Virus record (IMG/VR): IMGVR_UViG_3300020583_000014
Coordinates: 5,742 to 69,741 of that record
From: a virus
DNA length: 64,000 bases
Reading direction: 5' to 3' (one strand)
Below the pieces are notes generated by a model that worked only from the letters and a program-made list of their open reading frames with translations, did not search any database and was not told the DNA's origin. The translations under genes and the position numbers were made by a program. Position 1 is the stretch's first letter, and every line of letters starts with the position of its first letter. Of the stretch, positions 35,717-45,380 are shown one piece after another.

Positions 35717-37063
35717 TTAACGGGGGCGTAAAGTGACTGTTACTACCGCACCGGCTAAAGAACCTACGGTAGTAGAAAAGTTAAGACTTAACCTATCCCC
35801 CGCCAGTAGGTAATTATTAGGGAGAGACAATAGAGTAGCTACTTGAGTGGTATTAGCTGTTGAATTTAGGTTGAAAGTACCAGACTGAATAGAGGTACCC
35901 GATCCGGGGGCTGTGGTGCTAGACTCACGGGTTAATCCTACAGTGAGAGCAGACCCATTGGTGGTAGCAAATGTACAGGAGGCAACGATTAATTCATAGG
36001 TCCTGTTAGCAGTAAGAATAACTTGATTAACAGCTAGGTTAGCGTTTAGAGCTAAAGTCCATGAGACATCAATTGCATCCTGGATAGGAGCATAAGTGAC
36101 AGTAACTACCAAACCCGCTAGGGCTGTAAGGGTACCTGTAGCTTTAAAGGAAATGCGGCTACCCGCGTTGATACGTAGGTTAGCAGCCGTAGCACTTAAA
36201 GCCACAGTCTGTACTGTATTTGCTACAGCCCCGCCAGCAGTGTTTAGGGCAAATGCGGCGGCAAGTACAGAAGTCCCGGCACCGGGGGCAGCAGTTCCAG
36301 TATCAATAGTTACATCCCCAGTTACAGTTCCCCCATTAGTACCTACCGTAGAAGCTACAGCTTGCACCCCTGTTATGATATAAGAGCCATTGGATACCAT
36401 CAGGGCAGTAGTGGCAATACTGCTGTTCAGGTTCATCACGTAATCTACAGAAAGGTGCTTATTTCCAGGGGCAAGTTCAAGTGTGATGGATACCCCAGCT
36501 AGATTGGTGACAGCACTGGCAAGATTGAATACAAGCCGGTCACCCTTCATCAATTGGACGGCTGGATTTTGTGTGACAGCGGGGGAGGGGGCTAACCAGT
36601 TGGGTAGAACCGCATTCTGTACAGTATTGGCGGTAGCATTCATGTTGAACGTACCAACCATCATAGGGATGTTAGTGGTAGCTCCGGGGGCCTGAGTTCC
36701 CGTAGCTTTTGCAATAAACGCGGTATTTGCAGCCCCGTCAGTGGTAGCAAATACACAGCTTATACTGGTGACAATATAAGTATCATCTGCAACCCAAAAC
36801 GCCTGGGAGGTAATGGAGGCGTTAGTGGCAAGATCGAAAGTCTTATTTACCCGCGCACTATGTAGGACCGCTGCCCCAACATGCAAGTTATCACTAGCAT
36901 CCAAGGCATACAGTGGGACAAGGCGGGTTCCGGCATTATTGTTGAAGAAGTCTCCAAATCCGGGACTTTTCCCATAATTCTTGGAGGCAATATTGGGGTC
37001 TAGCCCCATCTCTTTTGCGAACGGGGCGCGAATGCATTCCTCTAAAGTAGCAAGAAAACCCAT
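35717..37063 (-). CDS. virion decoration/fibre protein with three tandem beta-domain repeats
   Basis: Three copies of APG.GT....GTF..N..ANT.Q...L...GDR.........LAG..VT. Confidence 0.65.
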   Translation of the reverse strand: MGFLATLEECIRAPFAKEMGLDPNIASKNYGKSPGFGDFFNNNAGTRLVPLYALDASDNLHVGAAVLHSARVNKTFDLATNASITSQAFWVADDTYIVTSISCVFATTDGAANTAFIAKATGTQAPGATTNIPMMVGTFNMNATANTVQNAVLPNWLAPSPAVTQNPAVQLMKGDRLVFNLASAVTNLAGVSITLELAPGNKHLSVDYVMNLNSSIATTALMVSNGSYIITGVQAVASTVGTNGGTVTGDVTIDTGTAAPGAGTSVLAAAFALNTAGGAVANTVQTVALSATAANLRINAGSRISFKATGTLTALAGLVVTVTYAPIQDAIDVSWTLALNANLAVNQVILTANRTYELIVASCTFATTNGSALTVGLTRESSTTAPGSGTSIQSGTFNLNSTANTTQVATLLSLPNNYLLAGDRLSLNFSTTVGSLAGAVVTVTLRPR

Positions 37064-37072
37064 TTTAATCTC

Positions 37073-37255
37073 CTAATTGTCTTGCAGCCTTTTGAGGGCC
37101 GCTATTCTCTCAGTTAGCAGTCTGATTAACCTGGAATACAAATCTTTGGTATTGGGATCATCTGACCCCTCGATTTGTGTTCGTAGATGCCACACTTCAG
37201 TCTGAAGCTCGGCTATTCTACCTGCAATTTTACTGGGATCTTCTACCCTTACCAT
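37073..37255 (-). CDS. small coiled-coil protein
   Basis: 60-aa ORF in structural operon. Confidence 0.5.
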   Translation of the reverse strand: MVRVEDPSKIAGRIAELQTEVWHLRTQIEGSDDPNTKDLYSRLIRLLTERIAALKRLQDN

Positions 37256-37264
37256 GCTATAGGT

Positions 37265-38221
37265 CTACCAGCTATACCACCTGCGATTCCTCAAACGTCC
37301 AAAGGGGGGACTTCTACGCTTAGATGGTGGAAGCCTCTGTAGATTACGGATAGCGGGAGAAAGTAGTTGAGCTAACATCCCCCCTGGAATTTGTTGGGAT
37401 AACCAATTAGGGCCAACAGATAAATTCTCATATACGGATGCTCTCTGAACTAAACTACGAGATAAGGCGGCAAGGGAGGCGGTCCTATAAGATAAGAATC
37501 CCAGGCAGTCATCCACCCCCACGGGTTGGGTAATAATTGTGGGGGCGTTCCCCGAAAGAGAGTATACAATTCGCAACTGCACAATCCCACTGCAAGGGGG
37601 AAATCGGAATACATTCCCCTCCCAAGCGTAGAAAAGAGGACGGTCTACTGGGGCTACATCTTCCCAACTTAATCTTTCCACAGGGGTAAGGGCATTAAAT
37701 TGCTCCGCTGAGGAGGAAAGTACAGCAGTAGTAGTTACCGGGGTACCTACAGCAATGGAGGCACATCCATTAAGTACTATAGTAGATGGGTTAGTTACTG
37801 TTACTGTCCACTGATCGTTTGCATCATCACTTACCCCAGCAAGCCCATATAGGACGGCCTGATTCCCAGAATTAAGGGTAGTATTAGTACTGGTTGTGAG
37901 GGTTGCAAATCCCAACCCCGGAGTGGTTGGGGAGAAGGAGGATACGGACCATACCGTAACATTTATACGGACCTCTACGGACTCCGGCTGCCCCAAGTTA
38001 TAAATAAAGGCGGTAGCCGGATTTAGATACCCAGTATTAGCGGGGAGATTATAGTAACTCTCCCTACGAACTAGAGGATATTGGGCTGACTGGGCTGCCC
38101 TATACATCTCAGAGTAGGCAGCCTGATAATGGGTTTGGAGAAGAGTATCGGTATAAATCTCCCCACCGGGGACTTGGGTATCCCCCATAATCCCCCGTAC
38201 TGCATCGTAGACATTTTCCAC
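37265..38221 (-). CDS. head-tail adaptor-like protein with inserted beta domain
   Basis: Helical N- and C-termini, P..Y......F.P...LRIVY motif, FCCH-like insert; upstream of nozzle gene. Confidence 0.5.
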   Translation of the reverse strand: MENVYDAVRGIMGDTQVPGGEIYTDTLLQTHYQAAYSEMYRAAQSAQYPLVRRESYYNLPANTGYLNPATAFIYNLGQPESVEVRINVTVWSVSSFSPTTPGLGFATLTTSTNTTLNSGNQAVLYGLAGVSDDANDQWTVTVTNPSTIVLNGCASIAVGTPVTTTAVLSSSAEQFNALTPVERLSWEDVAPVDRPLFYAWEGNVFRFPPCSGIVQLRIVYSLSGNAPTIITQPVGVDDCLGFLSYRTASLAALSRSLVQRASVYENLSVGPNWLSQQIPGGMLAQLLSPAIRNLQRLPPSKRRSPPFGRLRNRRWYSW

Positions 38222-38250
38222 AATCGGTATAATTAGATTATCCTCATTTT

Positions 38251-38273
38251 GGGTGTGTATTTAATACAAACCC
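38251..38273. repeat. 23-bp dispersed palindrome copy (intergenic)
   Basis: gggtgtgtatttaatacaaaccc. Confidence 0.95.
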
Positions 38274-38446
38274 TATTTGATAGGGTTACCAAATACCCTA
38301 TACCCTAGGATAGCTAACAGTATAAAGATTAGAAGACCCCTACCAGCCCGTGGGTATGGATAGGGATTACCGGCACTATACTCACCCCATAGGGTGAACA
38401 CAATACCAAAGGCATAGATTATCCAAAACCACATTGATGGTGCCAT
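38273..38446 (-). CDS. small two-TM membrane protein (not in ORF track)
   Basis: MAPSMWFWIIYAFGIVFTLWG...GLLIFILLAILGYRVFGNPIK; TAATG overlap with upstream stop. Confidence 0.65.
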   Translation of the reverse strand: MAPSMWFWIIYAFGIVFTLWGEYSAGNPYPYPRAGRGLLIFILLAILGYRVFGNPIK

Positions 38447-39114
38447 TATTGCTCTGCCTCCGCTGCTATCTGCCCAATCACGTAATTAGGACTGAGCGGG
38501 TACCGGCTGAACTTATCCAGGATAAGCCCCACATTCATCCCACTCATGCCATTCTTGAACCTCAGGCAGAGGGTCCAATATTGAGTCCCATCAGGCCCTA
38601 TAGCGGAAGGTTGTGGGAATGGTGATCCAGAAGCCCAACTAGGCTTATAAATTCCTGGGCTCACAAGTGGGGGAATCTCAGTAAGTTCATCATCCCCAGG
38701 TTGTACCCCCCCTCCCATCGGACGCGGATCTCCGGTGGCAAATTGAATCTTGAGGGAGTTGATGGCAGCAGCCAAGGTGCGAGCTTGGGCGTAACTGGCA
38801 AGCTGCATGGAATTGTAGGGCTGTACCCACTGCCCAAAGGGTGGAGGAGGAGGGGCAGTAACGCGGGAATACCCAAATAGATTGAAGAACTCAGCATCAC
38901 TAATACCACCTTGAGACTCAGATACCGCAATGGTGCTAGGATTTGCGGGGGTAGAAGGTGAAGTACTGAGAGTAGGCCCAGCGGGAACACCACTGAAGGC
39001 CCCCCCAGGCTCAGTAAGATGCTGGGTAAGTGGATTAGTATCGGGCTGAACTATTCCCCCCACAGTAGGAGGCTGCCCGGTTACAGGGAGAACAGGTTGA
39101 CTTAGAGAAGACAT
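38446..39114 (-). CDS. hypothetical protein
   Basis: 222-aa ORF coupled within the structural operon. Confidence 0.6.
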   Translation of the reverse strand: MSSLSQPVLPVTGQPPTVGGIVQPDTNPLTQHLTEPGGAFSGVPAGPTLSTSPSTPANPSTIAVSESQGGISDAEFFNLFGYSRVTAPPPPPFGQWVQPYNSMQLASYAQARTLAAAINSLKIQFATGDPRPMGGGVQPGDDELTEIPPLVSPGIYKPSWASGSPFPQPSAIGPDGTQYWTLCLRFKNGMSGMNVGLILDKFSRYPLSPNYVIGQIAAEAEQ

Positions 39115-39884
39115 TAGTTATCCTTTCCTTTACTATGCCCTTTACCAAAATTCATCTTTGCTATAAAAGCTGCAACCATAGGATCGGCAGCAGTATCCAG
39201 GTTGTACTGTAGATACCTAGCAGGAAGATCAGTTTTGCATTCTGGGCAGACAAGGGCGCGGGTTTCAATCTGCTTACCGCAAGCAATACAATCCTTAACC
39301 TCAGTAAAGGCTACAGTCGGATACCAAGGCAATTTCTCTGCCCCCTTATCCAGCATTTCCTTAGCAGCCATACGGTGAATCTCGTTAATCTCTGTAGCCT
39401 CACCTTTAAGATGCTTTCCGTTAGCATCCAGAATATACCAATTGAAAAGTTTATTCTGCATATCCCGGAGGGCTTTCAATTCAGTGGTGGTAGGTTCATC
39501 TCCCTCAATGATACCCACTCCTGGAGCGAACCCGGACTTGTTACCCAGAGAACTCCTAGCCCAAATCTGCACAAGGGCATTAGCTACAACCCGTGCGGGA
39601 ATAGGGCCTGGAAGCCATGTGGGTTTACCATCCGTGGGGTCTGGGCGGTTCATCCACTCCTCAGTATCATATACCCGGAGCCCGGAATAGCCCCCCCTTG
39701 GTGGGGGTTTAAGGGTATATACGGGTAATCCATAATGGCGGGAGCGGTACTCCAATAACCCAGGATATATGGATACAATAGTCACATACCCCCGGCCCAT
39801 CATGGCGCGGGTATGATCCTGAAATTCCTTAGTAGGGGCGTCCTCAATAAGAGAGCCCATAATTGGTTCAAGTGTTGATGTCAT
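39114..39884 (-). CDS. hypothetical protein with C-terminal zinc ribbon
   Basis: CIACG..I...A.VCPEC. Confidence 0.65.
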   Translation of the reverse strand: MTSTLEPIMGSLIEDAPTKEFQDHTRAMMGRGYVTIVSIYPGLLEYRSRHYGLPVYTLKPPPRGGYSGLRVYDTEEWMNRPDPTDGKPTWLPGPIPARVVANALVQIWARSSLGNKSGFAPGVGIIEGDEPTTTELKALRDMQNKLFNWYILDANGKHLKGEATEINEIHRMAAKEMLDKGAEKLPWYPTVAFTEVKDCIACGKQIETRALVCPECKTDLPARYLQYNLDTAADPMVAAFIAKMNFGKGHSKGKDN

Positions 39885-40514
39885 TTAATTCCTTTCTGCG
39901 TCCGAAGGTTGAACAGATGGGAAGCTAGTAGACCCTTTCTTACCAGGGCATCCATAAAATGCAGCGCTTTCCATAGCAATCTGTTCGTAAATCTTCATCC
40001 AGTGCTGCTTTTCACGCTTTCTGCGGGATTCCTCATCCTCAGTTATGATATCTTTTACCCGGCGTGCCCGATCCTTACGGATAGAATCAATGAGACACTG
40101 AGTCATTCCTAAATCTGGGGTTTCCCCTTCAGGTAAAGCCACAGGCCCAGAATTGCTGCTAGAAACAGGAACCCAAGAATGGTTTCCAGTTCCATAAATA
40201 TTACCATCCCGCTCATTGACTTCAATAAGGGCACAAACCACCCAATTTGCGGGATGGTTGGGTAAAAGCAGGCGAGTTTCAGTATCCACTTCTGCTACCA
40301 TAATTGGAGACATATCTACTTCCCCTAGGCCATCATAATTTGGTTTGTGGTTAGGGCTAAGAGAGTAGTTCAACTTAGGTCTACCCATGTCATCTACTAA
40401 TACCATTACGTGTAGGAGATCCCCAGACCATCTCCAGGCATAGAGGGGGTTAGTACCCAACTCGGCCCGTACCAGATCGTTCAGTTTCCTAATATCTTTA
40501 GGATAATCAATCAT
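39885..40514 (-). CDS. hypothetical protein
   Basis: 209-aa ORF downstream of capsid genes. Confidence 0.6.
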   Translation of the reverse strand: MIDYPKDIRKLNDLVRAELGTNPLYAWRWSGDLLHVMVLVDDMGRPKLNYSLSPNHKPNYDGLGEVDMSPIMVAEVDTETRLLLPNHPANWVVCALIEVNERDGNIYGTGNHSWVPVSSSNSGPVALPEGETPDLGMTQCLIDSIRKDRARRVKDIITEDEESRRKREKQHWMKIYEQIAMESAAFYGCPGKKGSTSFPSVQPSDAERN

Positions 40515-40554
40515 ATAAGGGGGTTAGCATTGAACTAACCCCCACTCTCCTTTC

Positions 40555-40577
40555 GGGCTTGTATTAAATACAGACCC
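40555..40577. repeat. 23-bp dispersed palindrome copy (intergenic)
   Basis: gggcttgtattaaatacagaccc. Confidence 0.95.
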
Positions 40578-40581
40578 AGTT

Positions 40582-40875
40582 TTAGGGATTCTTAAGCTTA
40601 GCTTTAAGCTTCTTAAACCCATCTATTTCCTTCAGAGCCCCGTTATGTTGCATAATGAGGGCATTCAACTTGTTTTTGTCCTCATCAAGCCCACTGGTGA
40701 AGGTACTGATCTTTGCGTGAAGGTCATCCATCTGTTTCTGGATATCGGACACGCGGGATTGTGCCCCAGTAATTGCAGAATCACACTCTTCTGGAGAAGC
40801 TGGGGCCGGGGGTGCCACGGTTGGGGCTACAACAGGGGCCGGGGCTGGCTTAGCTAACACATCTTGTTCTGGCAT
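40582..40875 (-). CDS. coiled-coil protein
   Basis: AAGGAG SD; Pro-rich N-terminus then heptad repeats. Confidence 0.65.
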   Translation of the reverse strand: MPEQDVLAKPAPAPVVAPTVAPPAPASPEECDSAITGAQSRVSDIQKQMDDLHAKISTFTSGLDEDKNKLNALIMQHNGALKEIDGFKKLKAKLKNP

Positions 40876-40890
40876 ATTCTCTCCTTCTTC

Positions 40891-42249
40891 CTAGCTTGGA
40901 ACCTTTAACGAGTCAACGTAGAAGCCCGCGCCAGGGTCATAATCTACAAAATCGAACGCCTGCTCGATATGAAACTCACGGCTTGCGGCAATAGTCCCAT
41001 CCGAGTTACGAACCTCAAACACATTTCGTCCAGTCACAGTCTTGAACCGTACATCATGGGTCTGGGCTCGGCCCCAGATTGTGGGATTGATAAAGTCAAT
41101 ACGATCCTGGAACTGCCGCTTACTTACCATTGTGGGGATTCCGCACAGATAGAAAACATCTGTGTAGTCGATATTATTAGGCATCAAATCTGGCATCTTA
41201 CCCTGAGAATCACCGGGCTTCAGGAAGATATTACTGATATTGACACCAATCTGGAAGACTGCCTCACGCTGTTTCATATGGGCAATCCCGCGAAGACCAT
41301 TAGTGATAGTCTTATCACGGCGTTGCTGCAATTGATCCAGACCCTCAAGTACTAACCCAAAGGAGAAAGTAGCTCCAGAAGCGGAGATATGGGAAGCCAA
41401 AAGCTGCGGGATAGTGGACTTTAGCTTACCCAGATAGTAGTTAGACCCATTCGCGTCATTAGCATAGTATAGGCCGTGGCGGAAGGAATCACCAGTCAAA
41501 CCAGGACCGTTGGTCAGACCACCACCGGGCCATGTGGAACTGAAAGAGGTAAGAGTGGACGGACCATAAATATCCAAGTTAGGAAATGCAAGGATATCAG
41601 TGGCCGTAATCGAAGCAATAGACTGGCTGAGGGTAACAACCAATCCAATATAATCAATAGCGGTAATAAAGGTAGGGGCGGTACCAGAGCTAGGAGCCCG
41701 CTTAGTAGTCCCGCCCGCATTCCACACATCTACGCACATACCCTCACGGAGCCGGTTAACCCCGAGGGTATCAGTAGATCCTGCGAAAGTTATAGTTGTG
41801 GAAGTAGCAGCCGAAGATTGATTTGTGAGTATACCAGTTCCATCAGTATGAAGAGTGATATCATCGTCAATCTGGGATTCTGTCATCGCATCGGCAAGAG
41901 TCTTATTAAAGACGTTAACCACAGACTGGGCTGTGGTAGCTGATGTGTCCGACTCTTCATCCGTTACCCGATAGGACCGTACGGTGGTGATATACCCCGC
42001 CTGAAGGGAGGTAATCAACATGCCAGTACCGACTCCGAGGGAGCCCCCATCAGCAGTGTACTTATGGAAGTTACCGCCACGGAACTGTTGCAGGGGTATA
42101 CGGTAAAGATAACGCGAGATATCCACCTTATCGCCCCCAGCTTTCTTAATCATGCTGGAGACTTCGGATGAACTCTCAAAAATAGGTTGAAGTTTCTGAC
42201 GGACACGTTCAATCTGTGCCGCCACTACATCTGTTACGGAAACAGCCAT
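40891..42249 (-). CDS. major capsid protein (HK97 fold)
   Basis: 452 aa directly after scaffold; DGTG motif with insertion domain; C-terminal P.A.....L pattern. Confidence 0.75.
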   Translation of the reverse strand: MAVSVTDVVAAQIERVRQKLQPIFESSSEVSSMIKKAGGDKVDISRYLYRIPLQQFRGGNFHKYTADGGSLGVGTGMLITSLQAGYITTVRSYRVTDEESDTSATTAQSVVNVFNKTLADAMTESQIDDDITLHTDGTGILTNQSSAATSTTITFAGSTDTLGVNRLREGMCVDVWNAGGTTKRAPSSGTAPTFITAIDYIGLVVTLSQSIASITATDILAFPNLDIYGPSTLTSFSSTWPGGGLTNGPGLTGDSFRHGLYYANDANGSNYYLGKLKSTIPQLLASHISASGATFSFGLVLEGLDQLQQRRDKTITNGLRGIAHMKQREAVFQIGVNISNIFLKPGDSQGKMPDLMPNNIDYTDVFYLCGIPTMVSKRQFQDRIDFINPTIWGRAQTHDVRFKTVTGRNVFEVRNSDGTIAASREFHIEQAFDFVDYDPGAGFYVDSLKVPS

Positions 42250-42276
42250 AATAACCTCTATATAGGGGTTATGATT

Positions 42277-43605
42277 CTAGGAGTTAAGCTGGCGGAAATT
42301 GAAGTCGGAAGCGGACTCCCCAGGACGCCGGGTAACCGGAGCCCCTTTTCCAGGGGTAGGATTAGTGCCATTGCCACCTACATCCCTCTTAGAATCAATG
42401 CTGGAAAGCTGTGCATGGCGGGCGTCAGAGATATTCGTCATGACGGCACCAGTCTCTCTTAGAAACTGTCTGAAGCTAGCCTTTATAGCAGGGATAGCCA
42501 TCTGCATATACTCACCAACTACCTGTTGTGCAGCCTGGGGGGTACCCAATCTACGGGCTTGTGATATCTTAACCTGAAACATATCCCAGGCATGTTTATT
42601 AGACTGAACCGCACGGACAATACTATCATAGTAGTCCTTGCGGGCAGCCTCATACATCCTAGGGGCCTTTGAATGCATACTCTTCAAAGGAGCTAAAGCC
42701 TTATCTACCTCAGATAACAGACTATTAGTGGTAGAAGTTGCAATACCATTATCCCAACGCTGGTTAAAGGCAGTTACGTTCTGCTGCCGCTCCTGCTGGA
42801 TCTGCTGCCTCTGCTCCTCTAACTGCTGTCTCTCACCAGCTAAAGGATCTGGCTGATTCCCACCTTGAGGAGCAACCCCAAGATCCCCTTCTGACATCCA
42901 GTTACCAGTAAGGTCCCTATGAACCATCTGGGCTGTACGCCATAAATCCTCCTTATCGGGGCCAGCGGGGGTTGTCTTCCATCTATCCCATAATGCCGTC
43001 TCATAATTAGTCATGAAAGGCATTGATGCCGCAACATAAGCATCTGGATTAGAAGAGGCAAGGGTAGGGGCAATATTAGCTGCCAGAATTTCAGCGGCCT
43101 GCCCCCGGTTCTGCCCCATTGCAAACTGAATAAAGGTCTGAGCCCCCTTAGGATCTCCAGAGTTAAGATGGTGATCCATTACCACCCTATCCCTATATGC
43201 AGCATGGTAATCCCGCATTTGTGCCACAGTTGGCACATGCCCAATTCCACCCTGCTCAATAGGTTTAGCCAGTTCCGTGATAATCTTATGGTTCTGGTAA
43301 ATCTCGCGGCCCCGTGGGGATTTCAGTATTACATCTAGAGTTTGCTTTGGTGCTTCACCTTCGGTATCAGTCTCTACAGCATAAGGATTCTCTTCTACCT
43401 GGGGCTCGGTCGCGGTAGCGTCCGCGCTCTGTTCGCTTGTTACCTGCTCCGGTTGAGATTCCGTCTGTGTTTCAGGTTGAGTTTCTACTGGGGTATCAGT
43501 CCCAGTAGGGGTAGATTCAGTCCCAGCGCTAGTGGTTGTATCCACAGCAGGGGGGGCAGAATCAGGTATTGAGGCTATCTGATCGTAGTTAGAAACGGCT
43601 GCCAT
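42277..43605 (-). CDS. scaffolding protein
   Basis: Acidic T/E/P-rich N-terminus, Q-rich coiled coil, directly upstream of capsid gene; start at ATG 43605 after SD. Confidence 0.65.
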   Translation of the reverse strand: MAAVSNYDQIASIPDSAPPAVDTTTSAGTESTPTGTDTPVETQPETQTESQPEQVTSEQSADATATEPQVEENPYAVETDTEGEAPKQTLDVILKSPRGREIYQNHKIITELAKPIEQGGIGHVPTVAQMRDYHAAYRDRVVMDHHLNSGDPKGAQTFIQFAMGQNRGQAAEILAANIAPTLASSNPDAYVAASMPFMTNYETALWDRWKTTPAGPDKEDLWRTAQMVHRDLTGNWMSEGDLGVAPQGGNQPDPLAGERQQLEEQRQQIQQERQQNVTAFNQRWDNGIATSTTNSLLSEVDKALAPLKSMHSKAPRMYEAARKDYYDSIVRAVQSNKHAWDMFQVKISQARRLGTPQAAQQVVGEYMQMAIPAIKASFRQFLRETGAVMTNISDARHAQLSSIDSKRDVGGNGTNPTPGKGAPVTRRPGESASDFNFRQLNS

Positions 43606-43726
43606 TGCTATCCTTTCTCCATTTTCACTATATAACGGTTGTGAACCGATAGGAGACAAAATAAAAGCTTGATTAAATTTAAAACTAACGCTATATCTTA
43701 ATGACTCGGGGGAGAACTACTAAAGA

Positions 43727-43749
43727 GGGTCTGTATTAAATACAAACCC
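43727..43749. repeat. 23-bp dispersed palindrome copy (intergenic)
   Basis: gggtctgtattaaatacaaaccc. Confidence 0.95.
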
Positions 43750-43764
43750 TATAAATCATTGAAA

Positions 43765-44907
43765 CTATTGACCAACCCCCATCAGGCTACGGAGGGGTGC
43801 TGAGGTTAAAACCGCCCCACATGCATTTCCCCATGAGGATGATGCAAGAAATCCGCTAGGGCTGGATTGATTATTGTACTCGGCTGTGATCCAATCCACA
43901 GAGCGGTTAGTATTAGATACACGTAATTCATCAAGAGAACCTGGGAAATTGAAGAATGGATTACCTATACTAGACCCCAGCGCCCCAGCTACTACATGTA
44001 CACTATTATTCTGGGGAGCTTGGGAGTCAGTAGAAGTACAGAACTGTACACCGTCTAAGTATGCTGTCCAAGCTGTCCCATTCCAAGTGCCTACCAGATG
44101 GTGCCATGTACCCGTGGAGGTAGTTGTAGATGCGCTACAGCCATGGATGGAGCCTGTATTGGTATCCCAATATATATAATTGGTGGATGAGAAGTTATAA
44201 AGGCGTAACTCCCAACCGCGAGTATTACTCCCAAAGGAATACCCCTCATCGAACATAACATAATCATTTCCGGTGGGGGGCCAACTGGTAGCGTTAAACC
44301 ACAGTTCGGCGGTGATGTTTCCCGTGATCTGGAGAGACGATGCTAATCCGAAGTCAATATCTGCGTTAGAGCCATTGAATGCCGCTCCACCATCAATCTC
44401 CCCAGTAGTGGCAGTGGCATTAGCATTAGTTCCGTTATTTGCGTTAGCTGTCGAATCATTTGCCGTAAGTGAACTTCCATTAGGCAAATGCTGGACCATC
44501 GCATAGTTTGAATCCCAGGGGCTTGACTGTTGATCCGTTGTAACGCTCGCGTTACCATAAAATACATAAAACGTCGTATTGGATGAATGGCTAAGGGTCG
44601 GGATCTCTGCCCACCACTCCCCACCACTACCAGACGAGGCAGACCATATTACCCTTTCAAAATTATATGCTGAACCACTTACTGAACCTACTATAATGTC
44701 ATAACCACTAGAAGATTGAACCTTACCCCCATTACCCACTGTCTTTAAGCTAGTATCCCCAGTAAAGAGTACGGGGAAATTAGAGGAGTCAGAACTACCA
44801 ACTTGGGTGTGGTCAATAGTAAGAGATCCCCAATATCCATAACCCGCTGGGCAAGTTACTCCCCATAAAGGTAAGGTCACTAGAATAAGGGCGATTAACT
44901 TAATCAT
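43765..44907 (-). CDS. DUF2341 + LamG/concanavalin-A-like lectin protein with signal peptide
   Basis: TIDHT.V....NFPVL, YV.YGN, DST.N.N.GT, W.HLVGTW.G....Y.DG, G.LDE.RVSN..RS.DWI.AEYNNQ. Confidence 0.8.
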   Translation of the reverse strand: MIKLIALILVTLPLWGVTCPAGYGYWGSLTIDHTQVGSSDSSNFPVLFTGDTSLKTVGNGGKVQSSSGYDIIVGSVSGSAYNFERVIWSASSGSGGEWWAEIPTLSHSSNTTFYVFYGNASVTTDQQSSPWDSNYAMVQHLPNGSSLTANDSTANANNGTNANATATTGEIDGGAAFNGSNADIDFGLASSLQITGNITAELWFNATSWPPTGNDYVMFDEGYSFGSNTRGWELRLYNFSSTNYIYWDTNTGSIHGCSASTTTSTGTWHHLVGTWNGTAWTAYLDGVQFCTSTDSQAPQNNSVHVVAGALGSSIGNPFFNFPGSLDELRVSNTNRSVDWITAEYNNQSSPSGFLASSSWGNACGAVLTSAPLRSLMGVGQ

Positions 44908-45380
44908 TGCTGCACGTAAGTAAGTGCGCCGGATACTTGTCCCGTACTGGATGATGTAAAACAGATATCATCTGCCGAGCTAGTATCCCGTGCAATAGCG
45001 GATGCTCCATTACCCAAAACCCATCCACCATTCGCGGCAAGATTAGGACCATTTGCTGCTGCACCACTACTGGTATTTGTACCAAATAATGACCCATTAA
45101 TAGTGCCACAGTTTGTTCCAGTTCCAGAGAGCAGGTTAATATTCTGAGCCGTGGCGGATATAACAAAGATAGAACAGAGATACGTATGTTTAGAAGAAGT
45201 GCCAGAGATAATCTTGGTAGTGCTAGATGTAGCCTCAGAAACAGACAAGTAACTCTTTGTAGCGGTAGAACAGGGATCGGCAACAAGGGGGGTACCTGCA
45301 ATCTGGCTAGTATTAATAGGCTGTTGGGCTACCACAGCACTTATTAGTAATAGTCCAAGAACAATGGATAACCTACTCAT
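44904..45380 (-). CDS. small beta-sandwich protein with signal peptide
   Basis: MSRLSIVLGLLLISAVVA-QQ; four Cys. Confidence 0.65.
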   Translation of the reverse strand: MSRLSIVLGLLLISAVVAQQPINTSQIAGTPLVADPCSTATKSYLSVSEATSSTTKIISGTSSKHTYLCSIFVISATAQNINLLSGTGTNCGTINGSLFGTNTSSGAAANGPNLAANGGWVLGNGASAIARDTSSADDICFTSSSTGQVSGALTYVQQ

